From Pristiophorus japonicus (Eukaryota), in assembly GCF_044704955.1 (NCBI RefSeq), contig NC_091989.1:147498001-147562000 (forward strand): DNA of 64,000 nt, in the 5' to 3' direction. How positions within the stretch are numbered: the first letter of the stretch is position 1; each line of letters starts with the position of its first letter. The position numbers and the translations under genes were made by a program. The notes under the pieces are model-generated. The model did not search any database. It saw only the letters and a list, made by a program, of their open reading frames with translations, and had not been told where the DNA came from. Below, piece after piece: positions 38,201 through 50,551 of this stretch.

Positions 38201-40670
38201 GGTCTTCATTTTATCCCACTGGCCAGTTTTCCTAAACGTCCTGGGGTCCCACCCCCCTTTTTGCTCCGTTCTGTTCCCACCCTTTTGTTTCTTGTGGGGT
38301 GGTTTTGGCTGCTTGTTTTGCAGCTTTGTCCGTCCAGCTTTTAACTCTTGAATTCGTTTTGAGTATCTGTCTTTTATTTGTATCAGGCGAGTATTATTAC
38401 ATAGGCTAGTTCTGTTTTTATTTTTATTCTGACTATCCCACCATTTCCTCTATCTGTCAGGTGAGTCTTTTTTATTCTATTAAGAAATCCAAATTAATAA
38501 TGTCCAGTATAAAACAGCTGTCAATGGAAAGGGTTAACTCCCTTACAGGTTTGTAAGAAGGCCTGATGTCATTACGTGACTTTGCGTAATCATCCGAAAT
38601 TGTTTCCAGTCTTTGTGCCTTCAAAACTTGCTTAGAAATTAGGAATCTGTTAAAACAGCAGAAATCATTAGTAAAACCGTCATAATAAAAGTCTTATCAG
38701 GAAAGACGGCATTTTAGACTAAACTCCAATTTTTTTCTTAACTTCTAATTCAAGTACTTGATAAAGATTATTTTTTAATTGATTTAAAACGAGACCACAC
38801 ATTTTTAATAGCTATTTTGTTTACTGAAATCCAATTTTCACACAAGCTGTATACATTCCAAATTTCGTTTTTTTTTTACGGTCCCGTTCACTGGGCAAAT
38901 CTTGTATTTTATTTCTCTCTCAGCACAAAATCTAAACATCGGTGCCAGTTCCATTTTCTATAAGAATTTTAAAATTCAGTAAGATTCTCTAATTCCCAGT
39001 TTCTTTTCTTTCTGTGCTGAGTTCGCATAGCTTAGATCTTTTTTCCTCGTTATTTTCAAAACCCTCCTGCTTGTTTAGACTGTTCGGGACTTTTCTTGAT
39101 AAACAACGTCCATTTTGGAAATCTTTCAAACTGCAGTGAAACTTTCTCATAACTTAAAATCATTATCAATGGAGAGTGTCCCTTACCTCTTCAAATTCTT
39201 TTTTTTCAATTAAACCAATATCTTTTTCACAGCCGATATCAACTACTATTTAGCAAGTTATGTCTTTTTCCATCGCAAACACCCCTTTTTTTTGTCAGCA
39301 CCTATTTAGTACATTACGTCTTTTTTTAAGATCTCTTTTCTTCAAATTAGGTTTGTATTTTACATGGAGGGCTCCTGTCTGCGTAAATTTGTTAATTTAA
39401 AATCAGACGACAATCGAAGACACTTTTTCTTTCAAATTCATTCAATTTGTTTTCTTTCAAAGTTGCGTCTTTATCTTTTTTTCTTTTCTCCATAACTAGA
39501 ACGGAGTCTAGCACATAGGCTTTGAGGGCTGCTTTTCGTTATCTCAAATGTTCCAGTTTCAAGGTCGTTACAATGTCCTTTTTTCTAAACTGCTAAAGCT
39601 TGCCGTTTTAAATTTTTTTTTTCAAAAGTCCCTTTTACACCTTCACAGATAGCTCGCCACTCGTCCAGGAGTTTGACCTGATCCCTGAAGGTGTTTCTAG
39701 ATTGTTTCCAAACCTTTTAGTTCTTTTTCCTTTTTTTTTTAAAGAGATCAGATTTAATATATATTTTTTTTAGTTTGAATCCATCTCAGTATTTTGCTGT
39801 GCCTTCTCTTAATATCTCAAAATCCCAATTCAAATTTTGTAATGCCAATCTTTTATTTCCTAGCTCCGTAACTTATCATCCGAATAAATCCACACCTGCG
39901 TTTCTAACTTAAAGCTTCCTACATACAGGACAACACCAAACAGGCTTTCAGACACAAGAAAAATTCATTCCGCAGTCAAAAAAAAATCACACAAGGACTC
40001 TCACTCAACGACAGACATTTACAAAAGTCTCTTTTTATTCAACAAAGCTTATTCATTGTTTGGCCGGCTCTATTTTTTTTGGATCCATATGTCACTTAAG
40101 ATAGTCACTATCAGCTTTTTTATGGCATTACGTGGTTATGCAAGTTACAATTAATGATTGGTTTTATTCGCCTTTTTAATAGCCGTGTTACCCATCTTCT
40201 TCGGGGCTATGAGGGTCTTGGGCACTCCCTTTAATTCATGTTAGGTATGCAGGACGTTATTTATATCTATATGTCTTCCCTTGGCGCCGTACACTCGTAC
40301 TGCCACGCTTTGGGTCAATATATCCCGTCACTGCGGGGACGTCGTCTCCATGTCCTCAATCTCTCGTCCCTGCACCGTGTGCTCGTACCGCTTCGGGTCA
40401 ATAGACCTTCCTCTAGATCTTCCCTTGCGTCATACCCTCGCACTGCCGTGCTACCTCCATGCACGCATTTTAGGATGCACCTTTTGACCCCCTTCTACCC
40501 CTAGATCGTCCCTGTCCTCCGTCTCCATCCCTCCTGGACCTGCTACAAATGGTTCTTTGTACAGATGTCCTTCCCTTGCGGTTTACAATGCCACAGCTCT
40601 AACTTGAAGGTGGTAAATTAAAACATACTCACCCCAACAGCTGGGTCATTGTTCCGTTCGGGAAGTCCGC

Positions 40671-40688
40671 ACCCTGCTCGCAGCGCCA
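40671..40688 (-). promoter_or_regulatory. Primer-binding site, tRNA-Ser
   Basis: TGGCGCTGCGAGCAGGGT, 2 nt from the 5' LTR; complementary to the 3' end of vertebrate tRNA-Ser(UGA/CGA) as I recall it (about one mismatch). Confidence 0.85.
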
Positions 40689-40690
40689 AA

Positions 40691-41294
40691 TGTAAGGGGA
40701 AAATGGGAAGGCTTCTCCTCCCACGAGCGGGCCCCCTGATATAGAGGGTCGACGCTTGCCCCAACCCGCGTAACAGCCCCCGGAGTTAGCAGATAGAAAC
40801 GAATGGCAAGGTATAACGATCTTTTATTGCGAACGTCCGGGAACATCTCATCACAGCCGCCTGTGAGTGGAGATGCTCTCCGAACAGCACAATCATACAA
40901 CTTTTATACATTTCAAAAATCCCTCCATTCCCTGGTAAGACCTCCCTAGATCTCTAATTGGACTACCTTATTAATGCTACTTTGGATTGACAGGCCAAGG
41001 CCCTCATGACCACCTTAGGCAGTGACTAGAATGACTTCATTAGGTCAGAATTTGTTGATTCTCCTTGATGCCCGTGAGTCTGCCTCGAGCCTCTTCGCAA
41101 GGTCTTATCAATGTTTGTTTAGGTTCTCACATCGTATCCTGTCGGAATATTATTAAATTAATAACTTCTGGAGCCTTGGTAGTGGAATGTACAAGGCTAA
41201 AGAGAGGCCTTTTATGTCCTTATGGGTCGGTGCAGGAACCAGCACTTTAACCCATGTCCCGCTGGTACCCCTAATGCCAAATTTTTCTCTTACA
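40691..41294 (-). repeat. 5' LTR of the env-carrying element (604 bp)
   Basis: TGTAAG...CTTACA; roughly 20 substitutions versus the 3' LTR by eye. Confidence 0.93.
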
Positions 41295-42649
41295 CCAAGT
41301 ACAAAAAAGTCTTTGAGCATGTGCTCCAAATGTCCTTCAAATTCGCAATGTCCTGCAAGGCGTCTCAGCTCGGCGACATAACTCGCCACTTCCTCGCCTT
41401 CAGACCTTTTGTAGGTACCTACAAAAGGAACCGGTATCTCACCATCAGAACGCTTTCCTTCAGGTTCAAATGCTCTCGGACCAGTGTGCACAAATCGTCG
41501 TACGATTTCTCCATGGGTTTCGCTGGAGTGAGCAGATTCTTCATGAGGCCATACGTTGGTGCCCCACAGACGGTGAGGAGGATCGCTCTAACTTTGGCAG
41601 TGCTCTCTTCCCCATCTAGCTCATTGGCCACGAAGTATTGGTCAAGTCGCTCCACAAAAGTTTCCCAATCATCTCCCTCCGAAAATTTCTCCAGGATGCC
41701 CACTGTTCTCTGCATCTTTGGGTTCTCTATCTGTATCTTGTCGCCAGTTGTTGTGTATGGAGAAAGAGTCAGACTGAACACTGTGAGCTCAAAGTAAAGT
41801 GTGACCGTAGTCTTTTATTGCAGGTCTCCAGAGTGCCTCTCCAACCTGTGAAGCCTTTTTAAATAACTGTGCTCCCAAGTGATTATGGGATCCCTTGGAA
41901 CTCTGGGGAATGAGCCCTCTGGTGGCTGTACAGAGTAAATACAAGTCCACATATATAACAGTACCCACATCACCTTGAGAGCACCGGAGCTGCCAGAAGG
42001 ACAGAGCTGGTTACTCGGGGACAAAGGTTACGGGCTCGCCACCTGGCTTATGACCCCCACCACGCAAACCCCGCACTAAGACAGAGCGTCAGTACAATAT
42101 GTCCCACATAACGACACGTAGCATCACAGAGAGGACAATTGGTCTTTTAAAGCAGCATTTCCGATGCCTGGACCACTCTGGAGGCTACCTGCAATACCAT
42201 GTCATTCAGTTCACTGTCATGTGCTGCATGCTGCACAACTTGGCCATCATGAGGAGACAGGTACTGGACATTGAAGATCCTCCTGAGGGGAGAAGGAGGG
42301 ATGAGGATTTGAAGGAGGTTGACGAGGAGGAGGAGGACCAACAGTAGGAGGAGGAACCACCTCAAGCCGCAGGACGACGGCGGAGGAGGATGGGGGCGAC
42401 CAAGAGGACCTATAGCCATTGCTAGACACTTGCGTCAGTGGCTAATCCGTGAACGTTTTTCTGCCTGAAGGCTAAACGGCGGCATGTTTGATTATAGTGT
42501 TGCACCATGACTGTTTACACTTTGTTACACTTTTAATAATGTTGTGTTGGTTTCTGTTGATCTAATATATACTGTTGGTTAAATTCACAAAATAATGTGC
42601 TGATTCTGGTTAAATTAAAATAATAGGTTGATTAAACATTTGTACATTT

Positions 42650-43173
42650 GGAGTATAATGTGTGAAAATGTGATGTTATCCACTTTGGCAGAAAAAACAG
42701 AAAAGCAAATTATAATTTAAATGGAGAAAAACTGCAAAGTGCTGCAGTACAGAGGGACCAGGGGGTCCTTGTGTATGAAACACAAAAAGTGAGTGTGCGG
42801 GTACAGCAAGCAATCAGGAAGGTAAATGGAATGTTGGCCTTTATTGCAAGAGGGATAGAGTATAAAAACAGCGAAGTCGTGCTACAATTGTAAAGGATTT
42901 GGTGAGGTCACATCTGGAGTACTGCGTACAGTTTTGGTCTCCGTATTTAAGGAAGGATATACTTGCATTGGAGGCTGTTCAGAGAAGGTTCACTAGGTTG
43001 ATTCCAGAGATGAGGGGATTGACTTATGACGATAGGTTGAGTAAGTTGGGCCTATACTCATTGGAGTTCAGAAGAATGAGAGCTGATCTTATTGAATCAT
43101 ATAAGATAATGAGGGGGATCGACAAGGTGATTGCAGAGAGAATATTTCCACTCATACTAAAACCAGGGGACAT
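42650..43173 (+). mobile_element. CR1 LINE fragment
   Basis: LVRSHLEYCVQFWSPYLRKDILALEAVQRRFTRLIP..LEFRRMRADLIE. Confidence 0.9.
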
Positions 43174-43480
43174 GGGGTTCAATTTTGGCCAGGAGTTGCT
43201 CCCTTTTTTTTTGGAGCAACTTGATTTTTCTGAAGTATCTTAAAAATCCCCATTTTGCACATTCAATTTGCGCCAGTGTAAATGAGTTAGGATTTTTTTT
43301 GTTTAGTTTATTTTTCTCAAAACGGAGCATTACCAGCCACCTACGTCAGTTTTGGCCATTTAGGCTACTTTGGCCAGCTAACAGTTACTCCAAATCTACC
43401 CAGGCCAGCATATGTGGCCACTTCAGAAAACCCTTGCGGAGAGTTAAAGAAATCAGCGCAGGTAGGTACATCGGAGGCCA
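43174..43480. mobile_element. Terminus of another Harbinger-family element inserted in the CR1
   Basis: ggggttcaattttggccaggagttgctcc...ggagcaac is homologous to the reverse complement of the Harbinger D end at 52800-52845. Confidence 0.7.
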
Positions 43481-44129
43481 GCAGAACCTAATGACTTGAC
43501 TAAAGAATGTGAATAGGATCAAACAGCTATACAGGACACGATATAACAAACTTCGCAAAGTTAATTTACTATACAACAAAAGTATTCCTAGAAGCTTAAA
43601 CTACAAAAATAAAAGAAGTAAAAGATAATTGAATTAAATTGCCCTAATCTCACAACTAATTTAAACAACTATTTGTTTGCAATGATTTTACTGGGCCAAA
43701 ATTGAGCCCATATTATCTAAATAAAGTCTACTTCAATAGATAAGATATTCGCTAAGTGTTCCTCGTCACTTATGTTCTTCTTTCACAATAGCACCAGGTG
43801 AATAGGCTTGACAACTGGTCAACACTATTCACAAGAGACAAAACATATTTACATAATTTTTTCAACATATCCAAAAGTCCAGGAAAGTGACAAGCCATTA
43901 AGAAAGTTCAAAAATAGCTACAGTGCATAAAATTTCAAACCCGAGGTCGATCGCACCGGGACGCCACTCGGCCAGGACTAGGGGCGGGCATCGGGTCCCA
44001 CACACATAGCAGCTGCAGCATGCACAGAGAGGCTGGAGGCGAGGAGCTACTGCACATGCACGGACACTTCACTGCGGGCACTAGGGGCAGACCTAGTAGA
44101 CACCTCGTCTTCTTTTTCAAGCTGTGGAT

Positions 44130-45390
44130 CACCCTGTGGCACAGTCCCTGAGGTTGGTCTGGGGATGATTTGAGTGGCAGCAGTTGATGCTGTCAATTAG
44201 TGTTGTTGAGAGACAACCTGGGTGGTTCACTTATTGCAATAACTACCTGCAAATTTCCGTCACATATGTCAGACAATTTCCCCATCAGCTGTCCCGACAG
44301 TGCATCAAATGTATCCACCATTCCCTCCCTAATCTGTCCCACCAGTGGTGGTCCTATTCATCCAGTCAGTGTTACTTCTCCGGACAGTCCCGCAACACCC
44401 ATGGTTAGCTGCATACTCTCCCCACTCATCCCGATGAGCTGTACCATGTCTACCTGCACTTGTGGTTCAGCTATCCTATCCACCCTCCTTCGTCGTCTCC
44501 CACCTGTACCTTGCTCCTCGACCCTATTGGGCATCCCTCTCACAGGTGTGCGTTGCTGGACCACACTGGGACACGCATCCTGATCCATGGGCTCCTCCGG
44601 CTGCAGGTCCAATATGATCATCTGATCAGTGGGAGGGATCTTCATGCTGGCCTTCATCCAGATCGTCCTGCTCAAAATCAGGAAACAATTCTGGACTCTC
44701 TTCTGGATGTCCTTCGGGTGCTATTTCTGCTGGTACTTCTGCTTGTCCTTCTGGATCACCTTCTGCCTCTTCCTGACACGCAGCTACTGTAAAACATATC
44801 GAAAACATCCATTAAAGCCTAGCTAGCCCATGCAGTATTTAGCCAATCCACAGTGCAAATTGCAGGGCTTACCCTGTCTCTTTGACCTGGGCCCAGTATC
44901 CACACTGGTGATGGATCTTCTCCGGTGAGCTTTAATCAGATCCAGCTGACTCAATTGCAGCTTACTTAGTGGACCTCCACCTCCACCAGTGCGATTCCTG
45001 TGGTTCCTGATCTTTGCATTCTTCAACTGCAAAGATGAAAATATAACTTTTTAAGAGAGGGTCCTTCTGTGTGGTGGTCACACACACACACACATTTACA
45101 AATGTAATTGCAGTGCATACTTACTTTAACTAATCGTCCTAGGTCCTGCCACTTCTTTTTCAGCTGCCCTCCGATTCTCTGGGTGATGGCTACTGCATTG
45201 TACTCTACAGCAACCTGATCCCAACGTTGAGCCATTATAGCAGGTTTTACTTTTTTTTGCTTTTCCCCCCCGAGTTGCCAGCAGATCCCACTTCCTCTCA
45301 ATGATATCTACCAGGGATACCACTTCGTGTGGGAGAAATCGAACAGCCCTTCCTTCTTCTTCGAATTCCTCTTCCACTTCCCTCAGCCAT
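44130..45390 (-). pseudogene. Harbinger Myb/SANT-like gene pseudogene, element C
   Basis: RAVRFLPHEVVSLVDII, RWDQVAVEYNAV..QLKKKWQDL then a GTAAGT donor; RNRTGGGGGP exon; acidic last exon. Confidence 0.85.
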
Positions 45391-46739
45391 GTTTTGCAGG
45401 TTTTAATGCTCAAAATTGCAGAAATTTCCAGCCAACACAATCTGATCACAAAAGGAAAATGATCCAATCACAAAGGGTTTTTTAAATATGTCTGATCTTT
45501 ATTCCTGCATGCCCAAAGAGATTTTAGCGCAGTCTTGAAGCTCAGCCCCTCTAGACAACTTCGGAGAGTGCAGCGCCAAATTCAAATATTTGTTTGGCGA
45601 AAGTCCCGATTTTTTTTCTGGCGCGAACGTACACAAAAAAATCATACATTAACATGTGCAGGCGCCAAAAATTCAGCAAGTGGAAAATAGAGGCCATAGT
45701 ACCTGTACCAGTATAAATTACTGGAATCAAGTGATTGTTCAACATGCCTTCCATCCAACATTCTCATGATTTTTCAATTTCCCAAAACAGCCTTTTCCCC
45801 ATCTCCATCTATTTTGCACTGCCTGACCACTTCTGGGTGATTCAGTCTTGCTGACATCTTGGGGATAATTTTTGTTTTTAGGAAACCTCTTCCAGCGGGA
45901 AAGATTTGCTGTGCTGTGCTCCATCTACGTGTTGTGTACGGATACCATCAGGTGATGGTCCTTGAATGAGATTTCTCAATTCTTGTCACACTGTGGGTAG
46001 ATTTGTGTTGTAGTCCCATGATCCCCCAGGACAGAGCCGTCTTATCTAATGTTTTATGCCTGACTTTGTTGGCAAGCAGTGGGACTTTGGTTCCATTAGT
46101 ATGAGCTAAATTGAATCACAGCACTATAAAGATTCTGTTCTAGCCCACTGTAATATCTAATCACTTTATGGGAGTTAGATGATAAAATTGTTTACTGTAC
46201 TCGATAGGTAATATCTACAATTATATACTGGCAGCAACATATTTTGTTTTCCATTTAACATCCTAATTAGGCGTTTTGATTTGTTATTCAGTATCAGATC
46301 CACCTAGAAAGTGGCATTTTCACAGCATTTGGGCCATTTTGCTGAAAACTGCAATACTTGAACAGTAAATTGTGCCACACGTGGTAACTCTAAGTTAAGA
46401 GATTTTCTCAATAAATCAATTGCCTAAATCATAATAGAATATAGGTTATAACCTTGCATTTCCACAAATACAGTTTTTTAGTTGGTTTCAAAGTCTCGAA
46501 AATTCACAATGAATAAAAAATAAAGTAACAGCCTCACAATATACCACACGCTAGGCAAGTGCTGGAGTACAAATGAGGAGAATGGAGATTCCTATTGAAG
46601 CAGTGATTATTTCGACCTGCTGAGAGAAATTATAACGTACCAGGGCAAAGACAGAAGTATTCTCCCACACCAAAATCCTACAACCACCCTCGCAACAGCC
46701 AGCCTGCATTAACCGGTTTGCAGTACCTGGCACCAAACT

Positions 46740-46876
46740 TGAAAGGCCACACAACATGGTGGAACGTCCTTTAGAGAACGGCGCAGGCGCGTGGGGAGTC
46801 AGGTGCGGCGGGAGCAGCGCTTGGAGACGGTTGGTGGGAGTGGGGGAGAGGCGGCTGATGGTCTTCAAGGTTCAAG
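46740..46876 (+). promoter_or_regulatory. TDRD12: TDRD12 CpG-rich promoter and non-coding exon 1 (start approximate)
   Basis: CpG-rich unique sequence, NRF1-like gcgcaggcgc (46781), MYB-like gacggtt (46826), strong donor AAG|GTGAGT at 46876. Confidence 0.65.
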
Positions 46877-47693
46877 GTGAGTTTCGTTGGATGAAGGGAA
46901 GATGTGTGTTTAAATTTAATGGCCAAAACTGACATTAATTCGATAATTTGTACCGTAAAACGTCGATTTAATTGTGAACTTTCCCCTCTTGTGGGGCTCT
47001 CGTGCTGCCCTCGTCTGTAAAGTGAGTGAGTGGATGGATAGATAGGCCCGCGGGGCGGAGGCATTGAGAGAAAGTGAGGATTTTTTTCAACAAACCAGGC
47101 AACTTATTTCCAAGAGTTTGTTATATGTTCGATAACATGGAAAACCTTCGTCATTGGTCTTTATTTGATGGTGAGCTGGGTTCTCAGATTCTATGTTAAG
47201 TGCTGTACTTTTTGTGGGATGCTGCTGTTTTGGTTAAATATTGCTGTTGGAAATGGATGCAAATTAATATGGCTGTTGTCTGTGTTATTGCTTAAAATGT
47301 GAAAACTCCATACTTTTAAATAAATAACTAGTCAATTGCACAAGGGGAGTCGAGACCAAGTGTAGTCTTCTAGTGAGGTTAAAGGGTGGAAACAATTTGA
47401 TCAGCATGTGCAGATGTAATTGTCTCCATTTTAAGTCCTATATTCGGTCCTTATATTTACATAACACTGATTTTATATTATTTATAGTGAAATAGCAATT
47501 TGAGAAGTAGAGTTGGCTGAAGCTTAGGAGTTTCTGTGTGTGCATTATAGGTTAAGGAGCTGGGGAACACAAAAGTACAGTGCCACCATTGGTCCCAAAT
47601 TTGCATAAACATTGCATAATTTCTACAATAAATGGGGATATAGAATTTATAATGAAAAAGTTGATACAGGAATTGAGTACAGACATAAATTTT

Positions 47694-48757
47694 GGCTTGG
47701 ATTTTGTGGTCAGCGGTGAACAAACACTTGCAGCTGGTTACAGATTTTTTTGTAGGCTTTGGCGCTGAAATGTGGGGTAATTAGAGATCCATTTCAGCAC
47801 AGCACCCTCTATGGGGGATCTGGGACCTGTGTGAGTAGGTTAAGCAACTGCGTGCCGGAGTGAAGAATCCGTACCAAGACGTGAGGGCCGTAATTCAGGG
47901 CTGCGGCGGCAATGGGCCCTACCCCTTAAGGGCCGCCGGGCTGCACATAGTGAGGAGAAGGTGCACCGACAGAAAAAGTTGTCGGGGGTACCGCGTGGCA
48001 GGGGAACGATTTTTTTAACTGAATTTCGGTCGGTATACTATTCAGGTAAGGGAGAGCAGTGGTGCGCATTTTGATGACGCGCTTACGACGGTCATCAGCA
48101 TCGGGGCGGAATTAGGTCCAGGGGGAAAAATCCCCAACCTGAATTTGGGTCGGGGTGGCCAGTTGACCACAAAGCGGCGGCCACGGGATTCCACCGTGTG
48201 GCCGCCGTAAATGGGCAATAATGGGTCTTTCTGAGATCCTGAATTTTGGCCCCATGGAGTCTTAACCAGGAAGTGTAAGTTAATTCAATATAAAATCATG
48301 TACAGAAAGTGAGATAAAGAGGAAAATAAAGATGGGATTAAGAGAGATAAAGGACTCAGAAAAAGTTTTAAAAAAATCTCTAATAATCATTAAAATTTCA
48401 AGGAATGAGATGCCACACTTGTAAAAGTAAACTTTCAATACCAGAGAGATTGGTTGGCAGTAATTAAGACTCATCATGCTATTTTTAAAACTACTTGCAC
48501 TTGAATGGACAAGCCCTAACTTTTTCTGGCATGTTTAGTGGGTATCTAGTATAGCAACTTCACACCCTTTCATGTGTTTTAATGCTGAATTTCTTGGTGA
48601 GATACCAGTGCAGCGATGCTTCTGGAGAAGCAGGGCAGCTTGAACAGCAACTTCCTGATTTCCGCATGTACGGATGCTGGAAGATGCTGTCCGATTTACT
48701 CCACAATAAGGGTGAGGCTTTCTCATCGTTATTTATTCTTAGCACGAAATCCAGGCC
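47694..48757. mobile_element. Harbinger-type non-autonomous element(s), probably one nested in another
   Basis: TIRs ggcttggattttgtg / rc ggcctggatttcgtg; an extra internal terminus tgaattttggcccc at ~48240-48253. Confidence 0.6.
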
Positions 48758-49744
48758 AATATCTTTAATATCTATTAGTAGATAAAATAACGCTATAATC
48801 CAATATATAAACTTACTCAAACACCCAGTGAGACAATATTGTAATATTTTTGGAGATTGCTGTTTTAGTAAATGAGCACTCCTGGCAGCTTTTTTTTGTT
48901 ACCTTTTGCATACTCCTGGCAGCTTTTAATTTTGCATTCATTTAAAGTTTTCAAGTTCATTTGTGTTGATATTAACATTGCATATTTCATCAAATTCCAC
49001 TCCTTTCACGACAGCCATGTTATGAAATCAACTTCACTGTGATCATAAGAAAATGATGGATGAGAAAAGCCATTTGTCCTGTCTTAGTTCATCCATCCAA
49101 AATGATCCCGAAGTCCCATGATTGCAGCTTTCAATTGGTTCTTAAATGATTCCAGGATTTTTGCTTCTGCTACTCTTACCTTGGAGTTTATTCCATGTAT
49201 TGATCACTCTTTGGCCTCAAGTTTCGGGCCGCGCCTAGAACGGCGCAGCCCGACACCCAAGCCCGTTTTCCGCGCTCAAAAGCGCGCCAAAAACATACCG
49301 AGCAATTCTCGGCCTCCCAGCAGCTTGCTCGGCGCGGCACGCAGAGTTCAGCGGGGGGCGTGGCCAAAGCGTCACGCCGATTTTGAGAGTGCGGGGGGGG
49401 GGGGCTAGCTCACAGCAGAAGACGTCCTGCTGGCAGCCCTGCGCATGCACATTGGAGCGTGTGCGCACGCGCAGTGAGACACAAACGTTGGCACGTGGCT
49501 ATTTTTAAAGGTACAGGAGGAAAAGTGCTGATTTGTTTTGTGGAGCTGTGGAAAGGCTTGGGAGTGAATCTTGGTGATTTTTTGTGCCTGAAGGAGTGCT
49601 TTTAGCAGCACTGTTGAAGAAGTCACCTGCTGAAATCAGTGAGTGCTGCTTTTTGCTGCTAAACTTCCAGAACAAGTGCTGCATAGGTGCAGCAAAATAA
49701 GGATTGTGTTTTTTGAAAAATCAAAGTGTCAATTCAATACAACA

Positions 49745-50131
49745 ATGGAACAACGTCCACCAAGAACAAAGAATTCCTTGCATGAGGAAGTGGAGATATT
49801 AGTTAACGTCATTTGAGCAGAGATGGCAGGAGCTGGATGCCAGCAACAGAGGTCGCATAAAAGTGCCACCCAAAGAAATGAAGAAACGCTGAAAGTTGCA
49901 GAAGATTACTGCGCAGTAGTGCATACCATGAGATCTGGAAGCCAGTGTAAAAGGAAATGGCACGACCTTGGTAAAGTAGTTAGTGTAAGTAAGATTTTCA
50001 TTTTTTTATGTAATTATAAATGTGACTATCTGTATGTCCCACCCTGCAGAAAGACGCACTCTGTAAAAAGTTATATTTTAATCTTTGCAGAAGAAATTGG
50101 CCCATAACAAAAGGGAAAGAACTCGAACAGG
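49745..50131 (+). pseudogene. Harbinger Myb/SANT-like gene pseudogene (3'-deleted), element D
   Basis: MEQRPPRTKNSLHEEVEILV...RSGSQCKRKWHDLGKVVS|gtaagt, then acceptor tttgcag|KKLAHNKRERTRTG. Confidence 0.85.
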
Positions 50132-50551
50132 ATGTAACTGTAGTTACGATTTTCAAATTGAAATTGTTTTGTAAGTTTTGTAACTTTACAACTTATAAGT
50201 GATCTTAGGGTTTTTAAGTGATCTTATAGTGTAAATGCTCTCACATTTTGTATCTTATTTAATTTTGCACCTAAAAAGTGATCTTGAAGTTTAAGTGATC
50301 TTAAGAGTGTAAGATTTTTCATATTGAAATTGTTTTGTAACTTTTGTAACTTTACAAGTTTACAAGTGATCTTAGAGTCATATTAAAAAGTAAAGTTTGA
50401 TACAACAAATATTTTATTACACTAACATTAACTTTGTAATAAAATTTTTTTTCATTAAAACTGAATCATGTTCCATGAACACAACACAACATAGGAACAA
50501 CCCCAAAAAATAAACGTCCATGCGCAACAGTTGTCGCGGTGCCCTCGGGCA

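Larger units (their letters stand above)
35963..41294 (-). mobile_element. Env-carrying endogenous-retrovirus-like LTR element (lokiretrovirus-like), non-autonomous
   Basis: Two ~600-bp LTRs with TGTAAG...CTTACA ends, TSD CCAAA/CCAAG, PBS, PPT, leader splice donor and env pseudogene. Inserted in the Gypsy gag (FFVLG|IGHETILRKLL). Confidence 0.9.
32112..41960 (-). mobile_element. Full-length Mag-clade (K02A2.6-like) Ty3/Gypsy LTR retrotransposon, decayed
   Basis: 212-bp LTRs (32112-32323 and 41749-41960), TSD GTAT/GTAC, PBS tggcgacaagat (tRNA-Ser-like) at 41735-41746, PPT at ~32327-32336. Gag DDWETFVERLDQYF with two zinc knuckles, PR ELDTGVS, RT FQDD, RNase H CDASSYG..ETDHKPL, IN VSDNGPCF..SNGQAERAV. 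Confidence 0.95.
31601..42468 (+). pseudogene. Harbinger transposase pseudogene, element C, split by the Gypsy insertion
   Basis: ...GFSRIAGFPSVQSAIDC | THITLRAP... resumes in frame after 41960; then WLLGDKGY, ERTIGLLKQHFRCLDHSGG, CCMLHNLA. Confidence 0.9.
30725..45695 (+). mobile_element. Harbinger/PIF transposon C, expanded to 15 kb by nested insertions
   Basis: TIR-like ends gggccctattttt / rc ggcctctattttc (TSD not clean). Transposase 31601-32111 plus 41961-42468; Myb/SANT gene 44130-45390 on -. Confidence 0.75.

Noticed and set aside
38400-40200. Definite APOBEC3-type hypermutation
   Set aside because: No unedited reference is available, runs occur on both strands, and APOBEC3 is mammal-specific; kept only as a hypothesis.
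46858-46876. ATG GTC TTC AAG GTT CAA G as the TDRD12 start exon
   Set aside because: It ends in phase 1, incompatible with the phase-0 exons; MIEILIIK at 54437 matches the orthologous N-terminus.
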